NCBI GenBank assembly: GCA_031290155.1
Contig: JAITOB010000008.1
Coordinates: forward strand, 14,603 to 78,602
DNA from: Endomicrobium sp.
GTDB lineage: Bacteria; Elusimicrobiota; Endomicrobiia; Endomicrobiales; Endomicrobiaceae
Direction of reading: 5' to 3'
DNA length: 64,000 nucleotides
Position 1 is the stretch's first letter; each line of letters opens with the position of its first letter. Below the pieces are notes generated by a model, which ran no database searches, was not told the origin of the DNA, and saw nothing but the letters and a program-made list of their open reading frames with translations. The position numbers and the translations under genes were made by a program. This document shows, in pieces, positions 52,431 through 62,147 of the stretch.

Positions 52431-52500
52431 TTGAAAAGAAACGACAAAAACAAATTCTCAAATGTAATTTAATATGGATAGGTACAGAAAGGCATAAAAA

Positions 52501-53796
52501 ATGAATGATGCCCGAAATGATAAACTTAAACAAATTCCTAAACTTCCCGGTGTTTATATAATGCGCGATGGAATAGGAAATATTATATATATTGGCAAAG
52601 CAAAAAGTCTTAAGGATAGAATTACGTCGTATTTTAATGCCGATATAAATTCAAAAGCTGCAGCCATTATAACAGCAATGCGTAAGATTGATTATATTTT
52701 ATCTGCTTCTGAAAGAGAAGCGTTGATAATTGAAAGACAGCTAATAAATAAAGTGAAGCCGTTTTTCAATTCAATGTGGAAAGATGATAAATCTTATCCG
52801 TATATAAAATTCTCAATAAATGAAGATTTTCCACGTTTAATTTTTACAAGGAAAAAGATTAAAGATGGTGCTCTGTATTTCGGTCCTTATCCTCAGATTT
52901 TTTACATAAAAAAATTTGTTCATTGGCTTGTAAAACTTTTTAAAATCCGCCCGTGTAAAATAGATATTTCGGAAAAATTTCTTCCTGACGAGAAAAAAGT
53001 TAAATCATGTCTTTATTATCATACGGGGATGTGTACCGCTCCATGTCTTGGTAAAATTACGTCAAAAGATTATAAAGAAAAAATTAAAAGTGTAGAATTA
53101 TTTTTGAGAGGGAAATTAAAAAAACTTGAGAACGATTGGGAAAAACAGATGCTTAATTTAAGCAAAAATCTGCGCTATGAGGAGGCCTGGGAAATAAGAG
53201 ACAGACTTTATGCTTTGACGAATATTTCAGAAAGAGTTATGATAAATGAAATTACGCAGGACGAAATAAATCAGTCTGTTCAGAGAGCAGATAGTATTAA
53301 CGAACTGAAAAATGTCTTGGGATTAAAGCATCAGCCGGTGTTAATAGAGGGTTTTGACAATTCAAACATACAAGGAACAAATGCTGTGGCTTTTATGGTA
53401 AGATTTCAAAATGGGCTTGCCGATAAAAAAAATTACAGAAAATTTAAAATTAAAACTGTTATTGGTGCTGACGATTTTGCAAGTATGAGAGAAGTTGTTT
53501 TTAGAAGATATTCTTATTTGATGAGAAAAAATGAAACGCTGCCGGATTTAATTTTAATTGACGGTGGAAAAGGACAGCTTAGAGCTGCCGTAAACGCATT
53601 GGAAGAGCTTAAAGTGCAGATTCCTATTATTTCGCTTGCTAAAAAGAATGAGGAGATTTTCCTGCAGAATAAAGATAAAGCGCTGGTTTTAAGCAGACAT
53701 TCGTTAGCCTTAAGACTTCTCCAGTTAGTAAGGGACGAATCCCATAGATCTGCCGTATCATATCATAGAAAATTAAGGGAAAGGATTGAAAAATGA
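52501..53796 (+). CDS. uvrC: Excinuclease ABC subunit C (short form)
   Basis: PGVY, YIGKAKSL, DDKSYPY, EGFDNSN, PDLILIDGGKGQ and RDESHR. Confidence 0.92.
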   Translation: MNDARNDKLKQIPKLPGVYIMRDGIGNIIYIGKAKSLKDRITSYFNADINSKAAAIITAMRKIDYILSASEREALIIERQLINKVKPFFNSMWKDDKSYPYIKFSINEDFPRLIFTRKKIKDGALYFGPYPQIFYIKKFVHWLVKLFKIRPCKIDISEKFLPDEKKVKSCLYYHTGMCTAPCLGKITSKDYKEKIKSVELFLRGKLKKLENDWEKQMLNLSKNLRYEEAWEIRDRLYALTNISERVMINEITQDEINQSVQRADSINELKNVLGLKHQPVLIEGFDNSNIQGTNAVAFMVRFQNGLADKKNYRKFKIKTVIGADDFASMREVVFRRYSYLMRKNETLPDLILIDGGKGQLRAAVNALEELKVQIPIISLAKKNEEIFLQNKDKALVLSRHSLALRLLQLVRDESHRSAVSYHRKLRERIEK

Positions 53797-54068
53797 AACA
53801 AATGTTGCCAAAGGATATTGCTGTAGAAATGAAAAATTATCCTGAATTCTACGTAAAAGTTTGGAAAGTATGTTTTGCAATACCCGCAGGAAAAACTCTA
53901 ACTTATTTACAACTTGCTAAAAAGATAGATTCTCCTAAAGCCGCAAGAGCAGTCGCTATGGCGTTAAGTAAAAATCCCTTTGCTCCAATAATTCCCTGCC
54001 ATAGAGTTACAAGAAGTGATGGTAAAATGAGCGGCTATTCGGCACCGGGAGGAATAAATAAAAATTAA
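53793..54068 (+). CDS. Methylated-DNA-protein-cysteine methyltransferase domain (C-terminal frameshift likely)
   Basis: IPAGKTLTY, ARAV and NP..PIIPCHRV active-site motif. Confidence 0.8.
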   Translation: MKQMLPKDIAVEMKNYPEFYVKVWKVCFAIPAGKTLTYLQLAKKIDSPKAARAVAMALSKNPFAPIIPCHRVTRSDGKMSGYSAPGGINKN

Positions 54069-54101
54069 ATATGCTCAAATATAAAGCGGAAACCGGAAAA
54101 A

Positions 54102-54752
54102 ATGCTTCGCTGGATTAATGATATTCCAAGAAATGCCGTAATGAATATGTCGCTTGATGAATTTCTGTTTAATGAATATAAAAATGAACCTGTGTTGAGA
54201 ACTTACTGCTGGGATAATGCTTATACAACAATAGGATATTTTCAAAAAAGCGGTTGTGGACACAGTTTTATAAGAAGGCTTACGGGAGGCCTTACAGTAC
54301 AGCATCATTACGATATATCTTACAGTTTTATTATATCATCAGATTTTTGGAATGTATATAGTCAGCGTCAAACTTACAGAAATATACATTTGTTAATACA
54401 AAAGACTTTGCAGAATATTAATATTAATTCTGTTATTTTAGATAAAAATGCAGGAAATGCAACTAATGTCTGTGTGCAGAGTTTTTATGAAAATGATTTG
54501 CTTTCAGAAGGTAAAAAAATTGTAGGTTCGTGTTTGCGCAGACGTGCAAACAAAATTATTGCGCAGGGTTCAATTCATGCGCGTTTAAACGATAATAATA
54601 AAACAATTTTTTCTAGAAATTTTGCCGTAAACACAGCGGAATTTCTTAAAACTGATATAAAAACTTTAGGCTTTAGCAATAGTGAAATTGAATCTGCAGA
54701 AAAAATTGCCAAGGAAAAATATTCAAATCCTAAATGGAATGATAAATTTTAA
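54102..54752 (+). CDS. Lipoate ligase/octanoyltransferase family protein (LipM/LplA-like)
   Basis: NMSLDE, TIGYFQ, RRLTGG..V.H, KKIVGS and QGSI. Confidence 0.8.
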   Translation: MLRWINDIPRNAVMNMSLDEFLFNEYKNEPVLRTYCWDNAYTTIGYFQKSGCGHSFIRRLTGGLTVQHHYDISYSFIISSDFWNVYSQRQTYRNIHLLIQKTLQNININSVILDKNAGNATNVCVQSFYENDLLSEGKKIVGSCLRRRANKIIAQGSIHARLNDNNKTIFSRNFAVNTAEFLKTDIKTLGFSNSEIESAEKIAKEKYSNPKWNDKF

Positions 54753-54762
54753 TATATATTAA

Positions 54763-54791
54763 TTGACAGAAAAACATATAAAATATAGAAT
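54763..54791 (+). promoter_or_regulatory. Sigma70 promoter upstream of pal
   Basis: TTGACA, 17-nt spacer, TAGAAT. Confidence 0.65.
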
Positions 54792-54823
54792 AATTAAATA
54801 GATTTTAAGACAGGAGATTTAAA

Positions 54824-55324
54824 ATGAAAATGAAAAAATTTTTTTTGTTGGCTATGGTTAGTGTATTGGTTTTAGGAGCTTGTGGCAAAAAGCAGAATAT
54901 AAAGCATGACTCTGATGTTTCTTCAGACAGTACGGAATCAAGCGTTTTTACAGATGAGCCGTTTTCAAGAGGAGATTCTGATAAAGACAGCAATCTTAAA
55001 ATAGTGTATTTTGATTTTGACAGAAGCGATTTAACAGCAAATTCTCTGGAGACTTTAAAAGAAAATGCAGCTTATCTGACAAGAAATCCTGACATTAAAG
55101 TTGTTCTTGAAGGACATACTGACGAGAGGGGTACTATCGAATATAATCTTTCTTTGGGACAACGCAGAGCTTTAAAAGTTAAAGAGTATTATACGCAGCT
55201 TGGTGTTGCGACTAATAGAATAGCAACAATTTCCTACGGTAAAGAAAAACCTGCTGATTCAGAAACTAATGAATTAGCATGGGCAAGAAATAGAAGAGTT
55301 GAAACAAAATCGTTAATGAAATAA
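54824..55324 (+). CDS. pal: Peptidoglycan-associated lipoprotein
   Basis: Lipobox LGAC, VYFDFD, EGHTDERGT.EYN.SLG.RRA, SYGKEKP and NRRVE. Confidence 0.95.
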   Translation: MKMKKFFLLAMVSVLVLGACGKKQNIKHDSDVSSDSTESSVFTDEPFSRGDSDKDSNLKIVYFDFDRSDLTANSLETLKENAAYLTRNPDIKVVLEGHTDERGTIEYNLSLGQRRALKVKEYYTQLGVATNRIATISYGKEKPADSETNELAWARNRRVETKSLMK

Positions 55325-55330
55325 GAATAT

Positions 55331-56032
55331 ATGGTACAGCGCGTATTTTTATTATTGTGTTTTATGACCGTATTTGTTACTGGGTGTATACCTTTAAATT
55401 CGCATGAGGTTATAGATTTAAAAGATGAGCTGTCTCATTTACAAATACAATACAGAGAACTTAAACAAAATTATGCAGACTTATATACAAGAGTTGATCC
55501 TGCCTGTACAACGCTTGAAGTTCTCAATGTCTCAGTAAAAGATCTACAAGATAAAGTTTTTGCGTTAGACCAAAATATTCAAAATATTAATGATTTAGAA
55601 ATTGACGCAAATAAAAAGTCAAAAAATGACAATGTCAAACCCTCTTTTCCTTCATCCATTTATCAGAGTGCTTACAGTGATTATTCTATGGGGAAGTTTG
55701 ATCTTGCATATTCTGGGTTTCAAGCATTCGTAAAGAAATATCCTAACTCTGAATTTACACCGCAGGCCCAGTTCTATATGGGGGAATGTTTTTATTCTGG
55801 TAGTATGTGGGAGAAAGCTCTTGAAGAGTATAAAAAAGTAGAGCGGCATTATAAGAAATCAGAATTACTATCGTCTGCAAGACTAAAGATAGCTTTATGC
55901 TGCGAATTGCTTAGCAAGCATAATGAAGCATTAAATATCTTTTTATCAATAGTAAAAGATTTTCCGCAAAGTCCGGAATCTTTAATGGCAAAAGAAAAGC
56001 TTAAAATATACAATAATGCTCAAAAGAGATGA
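55331..56032 (+). CDS. cpoB: Tol-Pal TPR protein CpoB/YbgF
   Basis: Lipobox VTGC, coiled coil, and TPRs (YPNS...AQFYMGE, FPQS). Confidence 0.85.
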   Translation: MVQRVFLLLCFMTVFVTGCIPLNSHEVIDLKDELSHLQIQYRELKQNYADLYTRVDPACTTLEVLNVSVKDLQDKVFALDQNIQNINDLEIDANKKSKNDNVKPSFPSSIYQSAYSDYSMGKFDLAYSGFQAFVKKYPNSEFTPQAQFYMGECFYSGSMWEKALEEYKKVERHYKKSELLSSARLKIALCCELLSKHNEALNIFLSIVKDFPQSPESLMAKEKLKIYNNAQKR

Positions 56033-56774
56033 TTTTTTTCCTTATTTAATAATTTCAATATTTTTACATATAGCAGTTTTTTGTTTTATGTTTTATATTA
56101 AAGAAAAACCTGTTTTTTTGTCTGCTCCTATAGAAGTTTCTTTTTATTCACAATCTCACCATAGTACGGATCAATCTCTATATGATGAAGCTGTTAAAGG
56201 AAAAGCCGAATATGCTTCTGTTGCACAAGAGCAGTTAAAAGAAGAAACTGAAAAAAAAGAAAATATTGTAGTAAAGAAAATAAATATAAAAGAAAAGAAA
56301 TCAAAATATCAAGTTAAAACTGATATTAAAAAGACGGATAAACAATTTGTAAAGTCTGTTGAAAACAAGAAAAGTGAAGTTGCTAAGCCTCAACAGGGAA
56401 ACAACAGCGGTGTTGAGACTTTTTCGTTGTCATCTTCAGATAAACACTTTGGCGAACAAGGCTCTTCTTACGAAGGGCTTTCTTTCGATAATCAAAGCTT
56501 CAAGTATTCTTATTATACGGGACAAATAATAAGAAAAATTGGACGGCAGTGGAGATGGGCAGAAAATTACGGAAAACTTAGAACACTTGTTTATTTTAAA
56601 ATCCATAGAGACGGCACAGTATTTGATATTTCTATAAAAGAGTCATCTGGGAGTATGGAATACGACAAAAATGCTTTAGACACAATACGCAGAGCGGCTC
56701 CTTTCCCTGACTTGCCTGAAAATTATGATGGTCAAGCGCTGGGAGTTTTTTTTGAGTTCAAGTATAAAAATTAA
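56016..56774 (+). CDS. TolA/TonB-like energy transducer
   Basis: N-terminal TM with SxxxH (SIFLH), Lys/Glu-rich linker and C-terminal ESSG..YD..AL...AAPFP.LP. Confidence 0.8.
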   Translation: MLKRDDFFPYLIISIFLHIAVFCFMFYIKEKPVFLSAPIEVSFYSQSHHSTDQSLYDEAVKGKAEYASVAQEQLKEETEKKENIVVKKINIKEKKSKYQVKTDIKKTDKQFVKSVENKKSEVAKPQQGNNSGVETFSLSSSDKHFGEQGSSYEGLSFDNQSFKYSYYTGQIIRKIGRQWRWAENYGKLRTLVYFKIHRDGTVFDISIKESSGSMEYDKNALDTIRRAAPFPDLPENYDGQALGVFFEFKYKN

Positions 56775-56778
56775 ACTT

Positions 56779-58071
56779 ATGAAAATTTTTTTCTTTTTTC
56801 TTTATATTATTTTATATTTTACGTTAATTGTTTATGCACAAAACGATGTTTATCTTTCTCTTTCTGCCACAGGCAGGAGATCCGATATTGCGGTAGAACA
56901 CTTTACTGCCGCGGATAAAAGCGATGATATAATAAAGTTCACAAAACTTTTAAAAGAGATAATAGAAAACGATCTCATTCTTTCCAGATATTTCAATGTA
57001 ATACAAGATGTGCATAAAGATAATTCTATTTCTTTTAAAGAAAGACTGCTTTTGTGGAAAAATAAAGGGGCTTCAGTTCTTATTACTGCCGATGTCTCAG
57101 GTGATAGCAGCAGTAATCTTGTTCTTGAGATAAAAATGCTTGACGTTATGACTAGTGAAATGATATGGAAACATAAGTATAAAAAAGAGTCTGCAAATTA
57201 CAGATATATGGCACATGAAGCAAGCGATGAAATTGTTAGAAGATTTACAGGAGAAATAGGCATAGCTCGGTCAAAAATAGCTTTTGTAAGCAACAGCACC
57301 AGATTTAAGGAAATATATATTATTGATTATGACGGATATAATCTACGCAGGCTTACAAGAGACAATAAAATAAACATTCTTCCTAAATGGGCTCCTGATG
57401 GAGAACGAATAATTTATACAAGTTATCTTTATAATAATCCGGATTTATTTGTACTGGATATTATAAAAAATAATCGTAGTATTATTTCAAAATATCAGGG
57501 ATTAAATGTTACAGGTTCATTTTCTCCGGACGGAAAGAAGATACTTCTTACATTATCAAGAGGAAAATATCCTAATTTATATTTAATAAATGCGTCAGGA
57601 GAAATATTAAATAGAATGACAGACAATTTATGTATTGATACAAGTCCGTCTTTTGCTCCTAACGGGCAGGAAATAGTGTTTATTTCAGACAGGCCCGGTT
57701 ATCCGCAGCTTTATATTATGAATATAGAAGGCGGGAATGTAAGAAGACTTGCGACAAACGGTTTTTGCGATTCTCCGTCATGGTCGCCGCGCGGGGATAA
57801 AATTGTTTTTACAATGAGACAATCAAAAGGCAATTATGACTTGTATGTGTACGACTTTCCTACTGCGAAAATCACAAAACTTACAAATAACCAAAAAAAT
57901 AATGAAAATCCGTCATGGTCTCCAGACGGAAGATTTGTCACATTCTATTCAAATAGATCCGGTAAAGGCGAGATTTATATAATGGCAATTGATGGTTCAG
58001 GAACAAGAAAACTTACGGAAATCCCCGGTACATCTTATTCCCCGTCATGGTCGCCTGTCTTAATAAGATAA
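56779..58071 (+). CDS. tolB: Tol-Pal beta-propeller protein TolB
   Basis: KIAFVS, DYDG.N and repeated PSWSPDG (PD40) motifs. Confidence 0.93.
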   Translation: MKIFFFFLYIILYFTLIVYAQNDVYLSLSATGRRSDIAVEHFTAADKSDDIIKFTKLLKEIIENDLILSRYFNVIQDVHKDNSISFKERLLLWKNKGASVLITADVSGDSSSNLVLEIKMLDVMTSEMIWKHKYKKESANYRYMAHEASDEIVRRFTGEIGIARSKIAFVSNSTRFKEIYIIDYDGYNLRRLTRDNKINILPKWAPDGERIIYTSYLYNNPDLFVLDIIKNNRSIISKYQGLNVTGSFSPDGKKILLTLSRGKYPNLYLINASGEILNRMTDNLCIDTSPSFAPNGQEIVFISDRPGYPQLYIMNIEGGNVRRLATNGFCDSPSWSPRGDKIVFTMRQSKGNYDLYVYDFPTAKITKLTNNQKNNENPSWSPDGRFVTFYSNRSGKGEIYIMAIDGSGTRKLTEIPGTSYSPSWSPVLIR

Positions 58072-58205
58072 AATAACTTATAATTTGTTATTTTTGTATG
58101 CTTGTTTAAAATCTGTATTGTATAAACAAATGTCAACGTAATATTATTAAATGATTTCGAAGTAAGTTTGTTTGGTATGGCAAAAATAAAATATAGAGGA
58201 TAAAA

Positions 58206-58838
58206 ATGTTTGAAGGGAAGAGTTTTATAGACGTACTTGATATGGGTGGGTGGGCTCTTTATGTACTTTTGGGGTCATCTATTCTTTCGATAACAGTAAT
58301 TTGTTGTAAACTGGCTGAGTTTTGGGCAAAGTCAAAAGTTACAAGAATCCAATTTGTGTCTAGGCTGGCTGAGAAAATTAAAAAAGATAAATTTGACGAA
58401 GCCGTTGATTTTTGCGATACGGTTAACTCTCCTATGGCATCAGTTGCCAAGACAGGTATAGTTGCTTTTAAAGAAAATGAAGGAAATATCGGCGAGGCTA
58501 TGGAAAGAGAAATAATGATTCAGACAGCAAAACTTGAAAGGCTTACCACTATTCTTGGAACATTGGGGAGCATTTCGGTTTATATAGGTTTGTTTGGAAC
58601 AGTTTTAGGTATCATAAGGGCGTTTCATGATATTTCAAAAATGGGATCAGGAGGCATATCTGTCGTTATAGGTGGAGTTTCAGAAGCGCTTATTGCTACA
58701 GCGGCAGGTCTTTTCGTGGCGATTCCCGCAGTTATTGCATATAATTTTTTTACAAAGCTGATAGATAAATTTGTTGTAAATATGGAATATTGTTTTTCTG
58801 TAGTTGAAGATATTCTTAAAAGGAAAATAAGTAAATGA
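58206..58838 (+). CDS. tolQ: TolQ/ExbB proton channel protein
   Basis: IGLFGTVLGII.AF and GVSEALIATAAGLFVAIPA. Confidence 0.88.
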   Translation: MFEGKSFIDVLDMGGWALYVLLGSSILSITVICCKLAEFWAKSKVTRIQFVSRLAEKIKKDKFDEAVDFCDTVNSPMASVAKTGIVAFKENEGNIGEAMEREIMIQTAKLERLTTILGTLGSISVYIGLFGTVLGIIRAFHDISKMGSGGISVVIGGVSEALIATAAGLFVAIPAVIAYNFFTKLIDKFVVNMEYCFSVVEDILKRKISK

Positions 58839-59296
58839 CTTTAAACAGAAAAAGAAATACTGTTATGTCGGAAATTAATATAACGCCTTTTACAGATGTC
58901 GTGCTGGTGCTCCTTATTATTTTTATGATAACTACGCCTATGCTTATGCAGCCTGGCATAAAAGTTAATCTTCCGCAAACTCAAGCTTCAGACAGCGAGG
59001 ATACATCAAATATTGAAGTTTTAATTTCAAAAGACGGATATGTTTATATAGACGGTAAACAGATTCATATTTCTAATGTAGAAAACGCAATACGCAAACT
59101 GCTGTCTTTGCACGTGCATAAAGCGGTGGTTATAAAAGGCGATAAAGAGGTTAAGTATGACTGCATAATACAATTTATGGACAGGGCTAAAAAAGCAGGA
59201 GCAAAGAAGTTTGCTCTTGCGGTGGATAACTCCGCTTTATATAATACATCTAATACTAAAAAACGGATTACAAATGAAAGCGCTGAATCCGGTTAG
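58835..59296 (+). CDS. tolR: TolR/ExbD protein
   Basis: SEINITPFTDVVLVLLIIFMIT and KGD..V.Y. Confidence 0.88.
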   Translation: MTLNRKRNTVMSEINITPFTDVVLVLLIIFMITTPMLMQPGIKVNLPQTQASDSEDTSNIEVLISKDGYVYIDGKQIHISNVENAIRKLLSLHVHKAVVIKGDKEVKYDCIIQFMDRAKKAGAKKFALAVDNSALYNTSNTKKRITNESAESG

Positions 59297-60620
59297 CTTA
59301 TTATTAATTTTCTTATGTTTAATTTTAGGTTTAAACATTATTTTTTATTCTCCAATGCCGCTTTACGATTTAATAACCGGACTCAAAACTCCTGATTTTT
59401 CAATAACATGGCCTAAAATAAGACTCTTTATAGAACCGCTTTACTCTTTTTCATTTTATGTGTTAACATTAAATAAACATTTTTATAAGCCTGCTGTAAT
59501 TTCGTGGGTCTTATGGATTATGGGTTTTGTATTTATTTATTCTTTGATTGATAAAAAGAGTTTTAGACAAATTTTAAATAATATATTTTACTCATTAATG
59601 ATTTTTATTACATTTTTGTTTTTTGCAGTATTGCTTCCCATTCCAGGTCCTAAACTTGAAAAACCAAAAGATTATATTGCAGTTGATATTCATTCGCATA
59701 CAATAAGTTCTCATGATAATGTGGCTCCTGCGGAAATTAGTTTAAAAGCCCATTTTTGGGCGGGGTTTGACGTTTTTTTTAATACAGAACACAATCACAC
59801 GCGGGGTTTTTCAATGTTTCCTAGAGAATCGATGTATAAAACGGTTTATCCCGGTCTACAGATGCAAACTAAAAACAATGTGTCCGCTGTACTTTTAGCC
59901 TCTGAAAAATTTAATGGTGAGAATTATAAAAATATGATGCTTGCTGATATCATAAAAGAAGCACATAAAAATAAAATAATTGTTATTATGCCGCACTGGT
60001 GGAAGTGGCATAGGCAGACTTTTAATGAGCTGAAAGATATTGGAATTGATGGTTTTGAAATATATAATTGCGGGTATAGAAATTTCAAAGAAAGCGAATG
60101 CAAAGCAATGATAAACTTTTCAAAAAGGAATAATTTATTGATGTTTGGTGTTACGGATTGGCATGGCTGGGGATATATGTCTGACGTTTGGACCGTTTTT
60201 AAAGGTAGCGTTTTAGAAAATATACAGGAACAGCTTGCAAAGAAACCGCAGACAAAAATAATTTTATACAGACAGAAACAGTCTGCATCAGTTTTGAGAT
60301 TTATTTTTGAGCCGTTTTCTGCTTTTTATTATTATATAAGAAATACAAGCATAATATATATAATTTCATTAACAGCTTGGATTATGCTGGCGTTTGTTAT
60401 TTTTAAAAGCAGATTTTTTAAATATGTAAAAAAATATTTGCCGCTTGTTATATTTGCTGTTTATGTGTTGGGCATTATTTATTTTTATATAATAGTAGTA
60501 AAGCAGGTTGTTAATACAAATGAAATTATAATGAAGCAGTTGCTGCCTGTTTTAGCAGTGTTTTGCTTGTTGTGGATTATTTTGTGGGATATTAATAAAA
60601 ATAACAGTCTTGAAATTTAG
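59274..60620 (+). CDS. Membrane protein with a central PHP-like phosphoesterase domain
   Basis: TM helices flank DIHSHT, TEHN, PH, GFEIYN and TDWH metal-binding motifs. Confidence 0.75.
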   Translation: MKALNPVSLLLIFLCLILGLNIIFYSPMPLYDLITGLKTPDFSITWPKIRLFIEPLYSFSFYVLTLNKHFYKPAVISWVLWIMGFVFIYSLIDKKSFRQILNNIFYSLMIFITFLFFAVLLPIPGPKLEKPKDYIAVDIHSHTISSHDNVAPAEISLKAHFWAGFDVFFNTEHNHTRGFSMFPRESMYKTVYPGLQMQTKNNVSAVLLASEKFNGENYKNMMLADIIKEAHKNKIIVIMPHWWKWHRQTFNELKDIGIDGFEIYNCGYRNFKESECKAMINFSKRNNLLMFGVTDWHGWGYMSDVWTVFKGSVLENIQEQLAKKPQTKIILYRQKQSASVLRFIFEPFSAFYYYIRNTSIIYIISLTAWIMLAFVIFKSRFFKYVKKYLPLVIFAVYVLGIIYFYIIVVKQVVNTNEIIMKQLLPVLAVFCLLWIILWDINKNNSLEI

Positions 60621-60629
60621 AAAGCACTT

Positions 60630-61080
60630 AAAAAATAAATGTTAAAAAAATATTAAAATTTTTATTTATTGATGATATTTTAAAATCAGATATTGATTTT
60701 AAAAAAACATTATTTTATTTCAAAATCTTTCGGAAAGATATTTTGCAAAAGTAGCGTTGATGATTTTTAAGAAAACTTATTTAGCAGGAGAAAAAGTTTA
60801 TGAAGCAAATCGAGGCAAATGTCTTTTACATAGTTAAAAACGGACAAATAAGTCTTAGCAGCAACAAATCCGCCAGCATTGTAAAACGGAGAGTTTTTTG
60901 GCGAAATGCTTTAATAGAATATTGTAAACATAATAACAGCGCGGTTGCTTTAAAAGACAGCGAACTTTATCTTATTTATCGCGCTAAATTTAACATATAT
61001 CGGAATCAAATAATAAGCTGGGTTTGATAATAATTAAAAATCTTGCGTCATTCTTTGCAAAAAGCGGGAAATATCAAAAC
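60630..61080 (+). pseudogene. Cyclic-nucleotide-binding domain protein pseudogene
   Basis: 'YLAGEKVY', 'FYIVKNGQI', 'GEFFGEM' and 'SAVALKDSEL' in shifted frames. Confidence 0.65.
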
Positions 61081-62121
61081 TGTGATTGAATCATCAAGAA
61101 ACAGAGTTTTTACCGCTGCAATAATAGTTATGCTTGCAATTTGCCTGTTTCTATATTTCATAAGGGGTATTCCCGCACCGTTTGCAATGGCCGCATTTAT
61201 TACATATTTAATATCTCCTATAGTTGTAGAAATACAGTGCTATGGTTATAGAAGATGGGTTGGGGTTGCAGTTATTGCTTTTGCTTTTATATCTGTGTTT
61301 GCTGTGTTTTTTGTAAAGGTTGTCCCTGTTTTTATAATCGAAGTTGGTAAATCTACATCGGCAGCTTCAGATTACTATATATCTTTTTCAAATTATATTG
61401 ATATTATAGGGTCTAAAATTGAAACAGTAATTCCCATCGTTAAACGTTATGATATTTTAAGCGCAGTCGTTAAAAATCAGATATTTTATGTTTTCAGATG
61501 TGTGGCAGATCCCTCGGTATCTTATGAGTGTTCTTTCTATTTCTTCAATTATAATTTTAATTCCGATGCTTGTTATATCTATGCTTCTTAGTGGAAATAC
61601 AAGTATAAATGAGACTATAAATTTTTTTCCGTCAAAGTATATTGAAACAATACTTTCTGTTATCTATGAAATTGATAGCATTTTAGGAAGATTCATACGC
61701 GGACAGCTTATAGAGGCTGCTTTTGTAAGCGTTACGTCTATAGTATGTTTAGCATTTGTTAGGAATTAATTTTTCTTTAGTTATCGGTATTATTGCAGGA
61801 TTTATGAATATGATTTCTTACCCGGGGCATTTTGCCGATCTTTTTTTAGTCCTTGTTGTTGTCGGCGTCATACAATTTCAAACTGCAGCAATAGCGGTTA
61901 AAATAATTGTTTTGTATGCAGTAATACAGTTTTAGACAATAGTTTTGTACAACAGTTTGTTATAGGGTATAGCGTAAATTTAGGGCCTGTGCTGATATTG
62001 CTTATAATGCTTGTGCGGGCAATCTTTGGATTTTGGGAGTGGATTTGCTGTTCCTGTTATGGCGATTGAAAACTGTTTTTATTATGCTCATAACTAAATA
62101 TAAAAGAACGATGGCGCATAA
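61043..62121 (+). pseudogene. AI-2E family transporter pseudogene
   Basis: PFAMAAFITYLISP, 'ILGRFIRGQL', 'IAGFMNMISY' and 'FAVP' across several frameshifts. Confidence 0.8.
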
Positions 62122-62147
62122 TATACGGAACTATTAAGGAGAGTTCA

